Shown: positions 1 through 12,239 of the stretch, in pieces | Position numbering within the stretch: the first letter of the stretch is position 1 | How the letters are laid out: each line of letters opens with the position of its first letter | The notes under the pieces: model-generated | Database searches by the model: none | What the model was told of the DNA's origin: nothing | Seen by the model: the letters and a program-made list of their open reading frames with translations, nothing else | Assembly: GCF_001194135.2 (NCBI RefSeq) | Contig: NC_068983.1 | Span: forward strand, 83,800,463 to 83,861,068 | Origin: Octopus bimaculoides | Taxonomy: Eukaryota | DNA: 60,606 nucleotides | Reading direction: 5' to 3' | Program-made: the position numbers and the translations under genes

Positions 1-16
1 ATTTCTTTTCTTTTGG

Positions 17-330
17 CTCTTTACGTTCAGAGTTCAATTTCTACCGAGGTTGACTTTGCTTTTAATCATCTCTTTGGGGTAATCGACTAGAACTCCTTCT
101 CAACTTTTCAGGTCTTGTGCCTAAAGTAAAAGAAATATCAAAATTATTGTTATTAAGGCGGTGAGCAGGCAGAATCGTTAACGAGTCAGACAAAATGCTT
201 AGAGGCGCTTTCTCTTTACTTTCTGAGTTTAAATTTCACTGAGCTACTTTCGGTTTTGATAAAATAGTACCAATTGACTCACCCCCACGAACAACGTTTC
301 AGGCCTTGTGCCTATAGTAGAAAGAATTGT
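17..330 (+). mobile_element. Two degenerate copies of tRNA-headed SINE family A (Meta-domain-like core)
   Basis: Both match the better copy at 12487-12708 (aaggcggtgag..gcagaatcgtta..aaatgcttag..gagttcaa..gactttgc..aggccttgtgcctatagtagaaagaatt). The second copy (154-330) is flanked by (ATT)n-like sequence. Confidence 0.8.
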
Positions 331-344
331 TAACAATAGTATTT

Positions 345-495
345 GTGTGCGTGTGCGCGTGTGCATGTGTGTGTTTGTGTGCGTGTGTGCATGTGTGTGC
401 GTGTGTGCATGTGTGGGTGTGCGTGCGTGTGTGCATGTGGTATGCGTATGTGCGTGTGTATGTGTGTGTGCGTGTGCGTGCGTATGTGTGTGTGT
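345..495. repeat. Imperfect (TG/CG)n microsatellite
   Basis: Direct read; source of the Cys/Val ORFs 308-648. Confidence 0.95.
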
Positions 496-539
496 ACTTT
501 CACTGCTCTCCCAAACAGAAGTCTATGCAGTTTGAGTAA

Positions 540-1106
540 GAATAGTGTTTTGTTTCGTTTTGTTGTTTCTACTGTATTGAAGGTACTCTATATAATATAC
601 CTGCAGTGCCTAGAAGAACTATATTCTGTATGTTATACATATTTCTAGATTTGAGTGATGTATCTCTGTGCATAGATTTCAATTATTCCCTAGGCACCCA
701 TTACTATAAGGATGTTTTGTTTACTCGCCCCCATATTTTGGTTATCTCTCTCCAGATCTTTTTAATTGTCTAATTTCTCCATTTCTTTTAAAGATACTTT
801 CTCGTCTGTTAATATTGATTCTCCGATTAGGAGACATTTCCCTTCTTGGAAATTCTTGACAATACCTCCTTGATTAACCTTAATCTGTCTGCATGTGTTA
901 GCATATCCTACAGTATGATGGTTGCTTGCCATTCTTGGTGACCTTTTCTGGTGTATGCTTATACCACCCCTTTTTTTTCCATAATGCTTGCATAACTTCC
1001 AGAGTGTAACATGTAGATATATTATTTCGAAGCTAAGGTTGGGCAACCAGAAACAGTGAAAGTCACTGTTCTTCTCCATCTCCACAAATTCTACAATTGC
1101 TATATT
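540..1106 (-). mobile_element. Degenerate RLE-type (R4/Dong-like) non-LTR retrotransposon, endonuclease domain and C-terminus
   Basis: Minus-strand translation gives LWKLCKHYG...KCLLIGESILTDEKVSLKEMEKL, then after a frameshift [38 protein letters not shown] (stop at 569-571). This follows the PD-(D/E)xK RLE pattern (C-L-I-D..P.D..V..KE.EK..KY.DL..GALG..QK..LLGTA). Confidence 0.8.
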
Positions 1107-1332
1107 CTCTTTTATTCTTTTACTTGTTTCAGTCATTTGACTGTGGCCATGCTGGAACACCGCCTTTTAGTCGAGCTAATCGACCCCAGAACTTATTCTT
1201 TGTAAGCCTAGTACTTATTCTATCGGTCTCTTTAGCCGAACCGCTAAGTTACGGGGACGTAAACACACCAACATCGGTTGTCAAGCGACGTTGGGGGATA
1301 TAAACACAGACACACAAACATATACACACACA

Positions 1333-1377
<45 letters not shown>

Positions 1378-1518
1378 GATGGGCTGCTTTCAGTTTCCGT
1401 CTACCAAATCCACTCACAAGGCTTTGGTCGGCCCGAGGCTATAGTAGAAGACACTTGCCCAAGGTGCCACGCAGTGAGACTGAACCCGGAACCATGTGGT
1501 TGGTAAGCAAGCTACTCT
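1107..1518 (-). mobile_element. CORE-like tRNA-headed SINE family B, near full length, internal (AT)n
   Basis: Reverse complement reads head ...ttaccaaccacatggttccgggttcagtc.cactgcgtggcaccttgggcaagtgtcttctactatagcctcggg (CCTTGGGCAAG core), then the 3' body ending gactgaaacaagtaaaag. Repeated at 12240, 16440, 29205, 45278. Confidence 0.9.
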
Positions 1519-1539
1519 GCTTCATTACACGTTTTTAAT

Positions 1540-2860
1540 AGTTTCTAGCGAGGAGGATTTCATCATGTGCCACAATCAAGAACCTTTCATTCTCAACTCC
1601 TGCATCTTGCGCTTTTCACCAATTATTGTGATTTTCCTCGTCTCCTCCTTCCCTGATTAGCTTTTTATCAGTTATAGGAGCTTTTCTTACTATCCGGGCT
1701 ATTTCTTCTGTTATTATGGGTTTCTTTAATTGTTGAGACTGTGTGTTCCTTGTTTTGAGAAATCTTGTCTGAGATGATTTCTTCGTTGTCCATACTCGCC
1801 AAAATTCTTCTACTACTCTTACATTTCCTTTTTTTTTTTACCTAGCTCTTGATAAAATCATTTTAGATCGATGTCAAAGAAATTAGCATTTTTATCATTT
1901 TTTACACCGAAGGATATCTTCTTTCAGGTGTTCATTGATTGCTGATATCATTTTTATATTTTACTTTCAGTATATTAATTATATATTATATAAGTATTTT
2001 ATATTATACCATTTTCATATTATGTTTATATTATACTAGTGATTGTCTTTCATTTTGTCTTTCTATTATGTCATTTCACTATTGATTTCATTAAGGATTT
2101 TCTGTCANNNNNNNNNNCTTTCATTTTGTCTTTCTATTATGTCATTTCACTATTGATTTCATTAAGGATTTTCTGTCATTTTCTGTCATTTCTATCATTT
2201 TCTGTCTTTTTATGTATATCTGTTCTCATGTAGATAACTTAGGTTTTGATGTTCTTCACTAGGTAGACCTGAAAGAATTCCCACTTTGTTTTATAACAAC
2301 AGTGGCTACTGCATATATTATTTCGTTTAGCCTGGTAATGCTGGTGTTTGTATCTGTTTTAATTAAGTTTACAATGACAAGTTTGCTTTTCTTATTTTTG
2401 TTGCTATTTTACTGACGAGTTTTATCCTTGGGAGGTACTCTCTTTAGTTCTTAGAAAGATCTTTTCTTTGTAATTCTTGAAATATTTTCACCTTTAGATT
2501 GTCATGTTCATGATTTCTACCTTTAGAATTTCTTATATATTTCTCGTATTAACATTTCTTTATACTTTTATTTTTTTTGTTGATACGGTTTCGGTTTTTG
2601 TTGGTTAGTATTCTCTAGACGTTCCAGAATTTTGCTTTCTGATTTACTTTATTTGTTTGCCAGTGTTCATTCTAACTTCGTGGTGTGCGTGCTCAGTGTT
2701 TTTATTTTTCATTTGTTATTTTACATTCGTTGCTTGTGTTTTCGTGATGTATTTTACATGTTCATTTCGAATTGCTGATAATTTTTCGTATTAAGAATGT
2801 ATCTACTTAGGCAAGCTAGTCTGTTGTATCCATCGATACATTTACACCCACGGTATCGCC
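1540..2860 (-). mobile_element. Heavily decayed upstream ORF segments of an R4/Dong-like LINE
   Basis: Minus-strand fragments YNRLA..RYIL (~2790-2830), TSITRLNEIIYAVATVV (~2300-2360) and FYQELGKK..VVEEFWRV (~1790-1870) resemble pre-RT motifs of this group. Many stops and frameshifts; collinear with 540-1106. Confidence 0.55.
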
Positions 2861-2866
2861 CCTTTA

Positions 2867-2990
2867 GTGGAGGCGCATGGCTTAGTGATTAGGGTGTTGG
2901 TCTTATAATCGTAAGATTATGGTTTCGATTCCTGGACTGGGCGACGCACTGTGTTTTTGAGCAAAACATTTCATTTCACGTTGCCCTATC
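2867..2990 (+). mobile_element. 5' fragment of a tRNA-headed SINE
   Basis: gtggaggcgcatggcttagtgatt (A-box-like) ... ggtttcgattcctgg (B-box-like). Related to heads at 9877 and 34371. Confidence 0.7.
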
Positions 2991-3113
2991 AAAAACCGGG
3001 AAACCAAGCTTATAAGACTCGAGAAGGAACTTTATCTTTCTTATTTTATTGTCCTTTCAAATGCATTGTCGTAGTTTCGTTTCGGAATAAGACCGACGCT
3101 GTAGATTGTATGC

Positions 3114-3190
<77 letters not shown>

Positions 3191-3336
3191 GAGAGAGGGA
3201 GAGAGAGAGGAGGGAGAGAATAGAAACATATTCCTCTTGAGGTTATACCTTTTCTGTTTTATTTGCGAAATATTAAGAGTAAACTTCAGACTTTCATTAA
3301 GATTATCATCATTTTCGTCTGATACTTATTTATAGA

Positions 3337-3490
3337 TGTTTTCGATCTAGTTTGGATTCTTTGCCATCAAATTTGAATTCCTTACCATCAAACTTGAATT
3401 CTTTGCAATCAAATTTCATTGCAAAGAATTCAGATTTGATTGCAAAGAATTCAAATTTAATTGCAAAGAATCCAAACTAGATCGAAAACA
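3337..3490. mobile_element. Small foldback/MITE-like palindromic element with internal 21-bp subrepeats
   Basis: Perfect 28-bp terminal inverted repeat tgttttcgatctagtttggattctttgc (3337-3364 vs 3463-3490). About three 21-bp units (gaattctttgcaatcaaattt) lie on each arm in opposite orientation. Confidence 0.8.
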
Positions 3491-4429
3491 ACTATACTTG
3501 ATGCCGAGCCATTTTGATTTTTCTTTCCTTTTGTGTTTGTTGATAGCGAATGAAATCTGTTTGGTGTAGATGTGGAATGTATCCCGATAGTTGCTTTAAA
3601 AAAAAAATTGACATGTTATGAGATTGCCAACAACTATGAACATTTGTAATAAAACAAATTACATGTGGTACTAAATAATACATTTTGCAGTGTATTATTG
3701 ACTTATGTAGTTAACCTCAATATTTTCCTCATTTTCTTCATTAGATTTATTGTTTACAATCATTGCTATTAAATATTTACAGAGCAATAAAATAACATTC
3801 TGTAAAATTATTGAAATCATGGTGTAAGTGACGAACATGGACCGAATCAACGGGCCTACACTAAACAAACATTTATTAGGCGGCAAATAATAGCTGATGG
3901 AACATCAGCTATCTAAAGTACTAAAGGCAGATGCCTTTAGTACTCAGGCTAATCTAGGAACTGTGGATTTTCCTGATTGGTCCTAATGTAGCTATCCCTA
4001 CTATTGTGAACATTTCTTTGTTGCTATTATTTTTTTGTTATCGCTTTTTGTTATAATTAATTATACGAGCTTAAGTAAGCCCCCCCACACACACACACAC
4101 ACTCTCACATAATATATATATATANNNNNNNNNNNNNNACACACATACATAGAGAGATAAATAGAGAGAGAGAGAGAGATATAATGTATGTGTGTGTGCA
4201 TACACACAACACAGATATATATATATATACATAAACTTTTATAGGTATATACACATGAATGTCTGTAAGTGTGTGTGTACACAAACATAATTTACGTGAC
4301 TGTACACATACACACACATATGTATGTATATATGTATGCATGTATGTATGTATATATGTATGTATGCATGTATATATGTATGTATGTGTGTAATTATATA
4401 TGTATGTANNNNNNNNNNATGTATGTATG

Positions 4430-4430
4430 A

Positions 4431-4501
<71 letters not shown>
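4430..4501. repeat. (AGAT)n microsatellite
   Basis: Direct read. Confidence 0.98.
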
Positions 4502-4502
<1 letters not shown>

Positions 4503-4734
4503 TGTTATATACACAAGAACACATCGATAACTTCAGGCAGTGCGTGTTGCAAGACTTTGTATTCCAAATTCTAAAAGACATAATAACTTCGATTAATGCC
4601 TAGACTTTAAAAGTGCTAAATTTTCAATTTTCCGAAATACCTTACGGAAAAAATGTATGAAAATGGACGTAAGTAAAACAGGAAATTAATAAGTTTGAAG
4701 CAGCATAGACACAAGACGAGTAGACTGGAGAAGC

Positions 4735-5300
4735 AAACAGTCGATACAATCGACCCCAGCATTGACTGGAACTTTATTTTATCAACTCCGGAGCGATGAA
4801 AGCAAAGTTAACATCGTTGGATTCAGAATCTGGAATGTAAAAATACGAAACATACTACTAGATAATTTTTCGACGCTGTGGCGATTTCATCAATCCAAAC
4901 ATTCATACAAATAAAATACGAAATATTATGGCAAATCGGTTACTAAACTTATGAAGATGGGAAGAATAGTTGCTTATAAACGGGGAGATGAGTGTAAGTT
5001 GTTATCAATTAAATTTAGAGACGAGTTAAAAAATTTATGTAGAACATTCGAAAATGTCACTGAATAAATCAATATATAATAAAGCATGCAATAAATATTT
5101 TAAAATTTGGGCACAAGACCAACGATTTTAGGGGAGTGAGATAAGTCGATTACAACAACTCCCACTGTTCAACTGGTCCTTATTTTATCAAGTTCGAAAG
5201 GATAAAAGCAAAGTCGATCCCTGCAAAAACTGAACATAAAGACCAGGAAGAAATGCCGCTAAGCACTTTGGCTGTCGAGCTAACGATTGTGCCCGCGCGC
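4735..5300 (-). mobile_element. Two old family A SINE copies (about 4735-4890 and 5107-5300)
   Basis: tcgatacaatcgaccccag..actggaactttattttatcaac..gatgaaagcaaag and gggcacaagacc..actggtccttattttatc..aaaggataaaagcaaagtcg..gaaatgccgctaagca match the reverse complement of family A. Confidence 0.7.
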
Positions 5301-5329
5301 TAATTAAAGCAAGATATTTATAATTTAAG

Positions 5330-5950
5330 AAATCTACTCTTGTTGACTAAGGAGCCCCCAATGCCCAGATTACACGGATAATCTTTGAAAACAAACAAGG
5401 CCTGCGTCGTCTGGAAATGCTAAAGTACTCCCCAGATTGGGCGGCGTTCAGCCAGTTACACTTCTATCACACGCCTCCACAATCCTCTCGCCTCCTTTTA
5501 TACCTAACACTGGCGATCTCTTCTACCTTCTTACATTCATGTTTCCCTCACACACATTTAAGAATTACACATACACATGAACACACCACAACCCCACTAG
5601 GCCACACCATTATAAGTAACATTTGCATATCTTAGCACTCATGCGCACATCAAAAAACCACGCACACAGTACTTCACCCTTATGCTCATCTAAAACACGG
5701 ATACACTCAACGCCTCCTCCTCGTATCGTAACTTTTTCCCATAGTGCCACTTTCCTACTTGGCTCTTAAACCTTTGCCTATTTTTATTGAACTTTCTTAG
5801 GGCTTTTTCTTTTCTTCTCTTCTACCGTTCTTTCCCCTTTCACATTCATCTTATGCTTTTTTCCTATATTTTTCTTCTGATGAAGCAGTAGTGTCCAAAA
5901 CGTTAACACTCTTCCCTTTCTTTTTAAACTTATACAATATCTATTAAAAC
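5330..5950 (+). mobile_element. Probable PLE 3' remnant ending in a hammerhead-like relic
   Basis: Pyrimidine/CA-rich pseudo-LTR-like tract ending ttCTGATGAagcagtagtgtccaAAACGTTaacac (5871-5910). Any upstream GIY-YIG resemblance is weak. Confidence 0.45.
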
Positions 5951-6036
5951 TTGTCTCTCCTATGTTATTGTCATTTTCTTTTTTGCTTTTGTTCATTGTA
6001 TTCACAATACACACACACATACACACACACACACAC

Positions 6037-6073
<37 letters not shown>

Positions 6074-7829
6074 CACACATATACATACATATATATTCAT
6101 TTGCAAATATATGTATGTGTATGTGCAACCATAGAGGTTGAATATACTATACACAGAGATTGTGGATTCTATTAGCAATTTAAAATCAAGAGAAACCAAA
6201 CCTAGACAAAATATTTTAAATATTTGAAAAAAAATTAAGTATTTTAAAACAAGGGAAAGTCTAGGTACACATGCATCATACATATATATAACAACGAGGA
6301 TATATATACACACACAAAAACAATGAAATAAACATTTATATGNNNNNNNNNNNNNNNNNNNNNNNNNNNNNNNNNNNNNNNNNNNNNNNNNNNNNNNNNN
6401 NNNNNNNNNNNNNNNNNNNNNNNNNNNNNNNNNNNNNNNNNNNNNNNNNNNNNNNNNNNNNNNNNNNNNNNNNNNNNNNNNNNNNNNNNNNNNNNNNNNN
6501 NNNNNNNNNNNNNNNNNNNNNNNNNNNNNNNNNNNNNNNNNNNNNNNNNNNNNNNNNNNNNNNNNNNNNNNNNNNNNNNNNNNNNNNNNNNNNNNNNNNN
6601 NNNNNNNNNNNNNNNNNNNNNNNNNNNNNNNNNNNNNNNNNNNNNNNNNNNNNNNNNNNNNNNNNNNNNNNNNNNNNNNNNNNNNNNNNNNNNNNNNNNN
6701 NNNNNNNNNNNNNNNNNNNNNNNNNNNNNNNNNNNNNNNNNNNNNNNNNNNNNNNNNNNNNNNNNNNNNNNNNNNNNNNNNNNNNNNNNNNNNNNNNNNN
6801 NNNNNNNNNNNNNNNNNNNNNNNNNNNNNNNNNNNNNNNNNNNNNNNNNNNNNNNNNNNNNNNNNNNNNNNNNNNNNNNNNNNNNNNNNNNNNNNNNNNN
6901 NNNNNATAATTATGTGTGTGTGTGTGTGTGTGTGTGTATGTAAAGTCAATAATTACATTAATTCAAGATCAAAACACTTAACAATTTTCAAATCTAGTAA
7001 CATTTCTGAAATTTCAATTATTAGCAATACAAAAAAAATATGCATAGATACATACATACACACACAGCTTTAAGTTCTTCAGATCGGGGAGAAAGAAAGA
7101 ATAATGAACGAATGAATGAACGAATGATTAAAATAACTGAATGAATGAATGAACATAATTAAAAAAAATGATACAAAAAAATATAATGAAAAGCTAGAAG
7201 TTTCTAAGTGAAATGTTTAGGAGTTGTTACCAAAAACTTTACGAAACAGAAGAAACCAGGTTTATATGAAGAATCAATGGTTTGTTATATTTTACCTCCT
7301 CTTTGGCAATAGATTCAATTCTATTATAGTATAAATGCTGTTTCTGAAATAAAACAAAACAACTTAGATTAAAATTACATAAATTATAAATATAAACATA
7401 AACAATATGTAAAAATAGAAACAAATACTGATAAACAAATAATACAACAAAAAATGGTTAAATCTTCCATTAAAGAAAATGTTGTTCCTCTCAGCTCCTT
7501 TCCGACAGCACTTAAATCTACTGCCAGTTCTAAGTGTTAGACCTTGTTCAGTGCAAGATTTATTGGTGTAAGTCACAAGTTTAATTGAAAATTAAAAATT
7601 ATTTTTAAACAATACCTAAAAATTTCTTTATATATTATTTTGCTTTAATGCAAGAACATTGAAACCTTGGAAATATCGAAAAGCAATTAGCTTAAAATAA
7701 CAAATCGTTTTGAGAAAATTTGATTTCTGATTTCCAAATAAGAAAAATAGGTTAAGGAAAATATATTTTTAAAACATCCAAGATTTTCCACATTTAAAGC
7801 TCAAACTGATCCAATCTTTACATATAACA

Positions 7830-7853
7830 TATGTGTGTGTGTGTGTGTGTGTG

Positions 7854-7931
<78 letters not shown>
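7830..7931. repeat. (TG)n/(AT)n compound microsatellite
   Basis: Direct read. Confidence 0.98.
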
Positions 7932-7935
<4 letters not shown>

Positions 7936-8504
7936 CATATGTATATATACTTATAAAAGTATATATATACATATATGTATGTATGTAGATGTATATATAT
8001 ATTAATGTACGTAGATATTAAATGTTAATGTTTGTTTTAAGTATAGTTATATGTAAAAAAATAACACACAAACATAAATTGAAGTACCACTCAATACTTT
8101 TAGGCAGAGTATGATGTAGATTTTATTTCTACAAAGAAAAGTTTGACAGTAACTTCGAAATTTCAATTTAGACGTTTTCGGTAAATATATTTTGGAATTT
8201 GAGCAAAAAATTTCAAGACTCTATGAACCTTTTGATTGGAAAAATATAAAATAATGATACATGTGTATGTTTGAGCATGTGTCTGTGTCTGTGTGTGTAT
8301 GTGTGTGCGTGTGCTGTGTGTGTATGTGTGTGTGTGTGCTGTCTGTGCGTGTGTGTCTGCATATATGTGTGTAATTATGCATATAGATATACATGTTTTA
8401 TATGTGTGTATATATATATATGTGCGTGTATATATATATACACACACACACATACATACATATATGTATACACACACACACACACAGATATATATATATA
8501 TATA

Positions 8505-9120
8505 TATATATGACAGAAGTAAATAGACACCCCATAAAACATCGTTCTATATTTATTCTAACTTATAAATGTTTATATTTTTTATTAATTAATGTTATTG
8601 TTTCGAATTTTATATGTGACTCTGTTTAATCATGCAAAAGAAGCCTTGAAACTGTCTGAATTTCAAAGAGACCGTGTTGTGGGTTATTCTGAAGGTGGAC
8701 ATAGCCCCCATAAAATCGCAGAAAAGCTTGGGATCCCACTTTTTACAGTTAATAGAGTGGTTGTGCAATTCACCAGAGAGGGGTAGGAGTCCACATCACC
8801 TCGCCTAGATTAACCAGGGCCTTCTGACAAGATCCTTCTCTTTGTTAAGAGAAGTGTGGAGGATGACGAGATGGATTTTCATTGAATTGGCGACGGAATT
8901 CATGTTGCACTTGCACAATCGATTCGCATTTCTCAAACTGCAGCACACAAAAAGACTTTTCTCGTGGCATCACCATTTTCTATGGGATTACACAAATGAA
9001 AATTATACAACTTTAAAATGAACAAAATGAAACATTAAAACACAATTAAAATATTATTTCATTTAAGGCTTAATTCAATTGATCATGTTCAACTATAAAC
9101 TTTAAACCTTCACCTCTCAA
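8505..9120 (+). mobile_element. Tc1-like DNA transposon remnant (N-terminal HTH of transposase)
   Basis: 8630-8870 translates [51 protein letters not shown], the typical Tc1 paired-like HTH pattern. It has stops, and the catalytic domain is absent. Confidence 0.8.
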
Positions 9121-9825
9121 GAAATGTGTAGAATGTGTTTGTGTCTCTTACTGTTTGTTTTAAAAATAAATTTNNNNNNNNNNNNNNNNNNNNNNNNNNN
9201 NNNNNNNNNNNNNNNNNNNNNNNNNNNNNNNNNNNNNNNNNNNNNNNNNNNNNNNNNNNNNNNNNNNNNNNNNNNNNNNNNNNNNNNNNNNNNNNNNNNN
9301 NNNNNNNNNNNNNNNNNNNNNNNNNNNNNNNNNNNNNNNNNNNNNNNNNNNNNNNNNNNNNNNNNNNNNNNNNNNNNNNNNNNNNNNNNNNNNNNNNNNN
9401 NNNNNNNNNNNNNNNNNNNNNNNNNNNNNNNNNNNNNNNNNNNNNNNNNNNNNNNNNNNNNNNNNNNNNNNNNNNNNNNNNNNNNNNNNNNNNNNNNNNN
9501 NNNNNNNNNNNNNNNNNNNNNNNNNNNNNNNNNNNNNNNNNNNNNNNNNNNNNNNNNNNNNNNNNNNNNNNNNNNNNNNNNNNNNNNNNNNNNNNNNNNN
9601 NNNNNNNNNNNNNNNNNNNNNNNNNNNNNNNNNNNNNNNNNNNNNNNNNNNNNNNNNNNNNNNNNNNNNNNNNNNNNNNNNNNNNNNNNNNNNNNNNNNN
9701 NNNNNNNNNNNNNNNNNNNNNNNNNNNNNNNNNNNNNNNNNNNNNNNNNNNNNNNNNNNNNNNNNNNNNNNNNNNNNNNNNNNNNNNNNNNNNNNNNNNN
9801 NNNNNNNNNNNNNNNNNNNNNNNNN

Positions 9826-9876
<51 letters not shown>

Positions 9877-9877
<1 letters not shown>

Positions 9878-9990
9878 GGCTCAGTGGTTGGAGCATCGGG
9901 TTCACAATCATAAAATAGTGAGCTCGATTCCCGGACAGGGCTGTGCGTTGTGTTTTTGAGCAAGAGGAGAGCTTTCTAAGGTCATTCATG
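9877..9990 (+). mobile_element. tRNA-headed SINE 5' fragment
   Basis: ggctcagtggttggagcatcgggttcacaatc...gagctcgattcccggacagggc..tgtgtttttgagcaag; A- and B-box-like motifs; similar to 2867-2990. Confidence 0.65.
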
Positions 9991-10559
9991 ACCGAAGGGG
10001 GTCTTACTCTGTATGTATGCATATATATATTTGTGTGTGTGTGTGTGTGGTCATCTATTCCCGCTACCAGTCGCACTTACAGCCTGAGTCATGCACCTGC
10101 TCCGCCTACTTTCTTCACTCTTATAAAACGTTCGTCTTTCATCTTCCTTCTGCGTTCTTTCCCTAATTAACATTTTATTATTTTTTTACTTTTATAATCC
10201 TTTTCACATACTCTCATTCCCTCTCTCCCTCTATCTCCATCACTTTTTCTTTTTTTTTTTTCTTTCTGAAAAAAGTCTAACCTCCGAAACATCAAGACAC
10301 ACCATGCTTAAGCAATCTTCTCAGACATTAAACTAATATTTTGTTATGTTTATGTTGTTCACTTGTTTATTTATATGTATACTTTTTTACTTGTTTCAAT
10401 CATTGCACTTCAGCTATGTTGAAACAATATCCAGCGTGCCGCGCAGTGAACTGAACCTAAAACCACATGGCTGCGAAGCGAACATTTTAACCACACAGCC
10501 ATGCCCATACATACATGCATACCTACATATAAGAGTGTGTGTGTGAATATATTGTGTTC

Positions 10560-11020
10560 ATATATGGGCCGGTATGAATTAATTGGCATGTACCGCATCG
10601 CCTATCTTTGCATTTAGACACAGTGAATGGTTGGTCTTTGTTGCTAAGGCCAAACCTTGCCTTTGTTAATAACTTTTTCAAGCTTTTAGGCTGTTTTTTA
10701 CTGAGAGTTATAGTTTGGTCTGTAATGATATCTCTTAATTGCTTATTTTGAGCAATGATTGGTAGGTTTGCTTTGGCGATATTAAAGATGTTCTTGGGAC
10801 ATGGATTGTGCGTCACTATAAATGGTATGATTTGTTCTTGTTTTTCTCTTCTTTGTGTTGTCCTCAGTTGTTGTGTGGATATTTTCATAGCACGCTGAAT
10901 ACCATTTTCTATAAGTAGTGACGGGTATTTTTGCTTGAGCAGAAATTCTTTCACTTCCATCAGGCACTGATTCCTGATCTTCAAATCTTCTACAATGGTA
11001 CAGATTCTTCTGGCTAAGCA
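10560..11020 (-). mobile_element. GIY-YIG Penelope-like element, inverted 5' segment (RT thumb and Cys linker)
   Basis: ORF 10523-11059(-): LARRICTIVED..LLKQKYP..IENGIQRA..IIPFIVTHNP..SKKQPKSLKKLLTKARF..VSKCKDRRCGTCQLI. This is the PLE thumb/linker with the CxxxRCxxC motif. Confidence 0.88.
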
Positions 11021-11023
11021 GTG

Positions 11024-11640
11024 TTGGCCAGACAGGCAATGCACTATCAGAACGCTCATGTGTGCACCGACAACAAATTAAAAATCCAGAAGTTCGCCAA
11101 ATACCGCTGAGTAACCATCTAGCAACATGTAGCCGGAAAATATTTATAATTTTTCCATTTCATAACTATACAATCCGAATGAAATCGAGAGAAAACTGAG
11201 AGAAAAGGACTTTATTAATAAATTCAAACCCAAGCTTAATAAACAATGATAAAAAAATAATCTTATCCCCATATCTAAAATCTCAAAAATATAAATCTCT
11301 AAAAAGTATTGCTGTCATCATTTCTAAAAATTAACACTGAAAAATGGTATGGTATCATTTCAAAAATAGCCAAACAACTACTACTTCTATCCACAAGAAT
11401 GTATATAAAGGACAAAATTTATCCAGTCAACCACAACCATATAAATCTGTAGATTGCATAAATACAAGAAATTATACTAGTTCAATAAGAATGGACATTT
11501 AATATTTCATTTCTTCAATAAGAATAGACAATTAAAACTTCATTTCTTTTTACTATATTATCTTATATCAATATTATAAGAATATAAATAAAACGTGAAA
11601 AACAGAGTTGGAATTCCTTTGAGCAATATATTCTTCTATA
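11024..11640 (+). mobile_element. GIY-YIG Penelope-like element, forward 3' segment (endonuclease C-half and 3' UTR)
   Basis: + strand: GQTGNALSERSCVHRQQIKNPEVRQIPLSNHL..FIIFPF..REKDFINKFKPKLNKQ*, the second half of a PLE GIY-YIG domain. The 3' boundary is approximate. Confidence 0.8.
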
Positions 11641-12120
11641 TACAATCATACAAACCCCTTTGTATATATGTATGTATATATATATGTGAGAGAGAGAGAG
11701 AGAGACAGTAGCGGTACAACAAAGCACCAATGTTTACTGGAAATAGCAGTCGATACATTTGCGACGCTATAGTAAAGCTTCAATTTGTATATATTGGCAA
11801 AGACGCGTGAGAGCAACAAACATGAAAAATTTTGTCTTACCACTAGGAAGAACATTATATAAGTGGACAACCTAGAATCGGATAATCCAGTACCAAGGTT
11901 TCGGACTCTTCAAATACGTTTGTCATCGTAAAGTTGATTAGTCTTCATCAGCTGAATTTACCTGGACAATATTTCGAATGTTGCTACATCAATGCCAGTA
12001 TATTCGCCTGAACGCTTAGCCGTTAACAGACCGAGAACAGGGAAAAAATTTTCAATGAAAAATAAAATATTGCAATACAAATGTATTGCTTTCCAGTAAA
12101 ATAAAGCACTGTAAAGATAG

Positions 12121-12239
<119 letters not shown>

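Noticed and set aside
2047-2178. 61-bp tandem duplication
   Set aside because: Identical copies on either side of a 10-N gap; assembly artefact.
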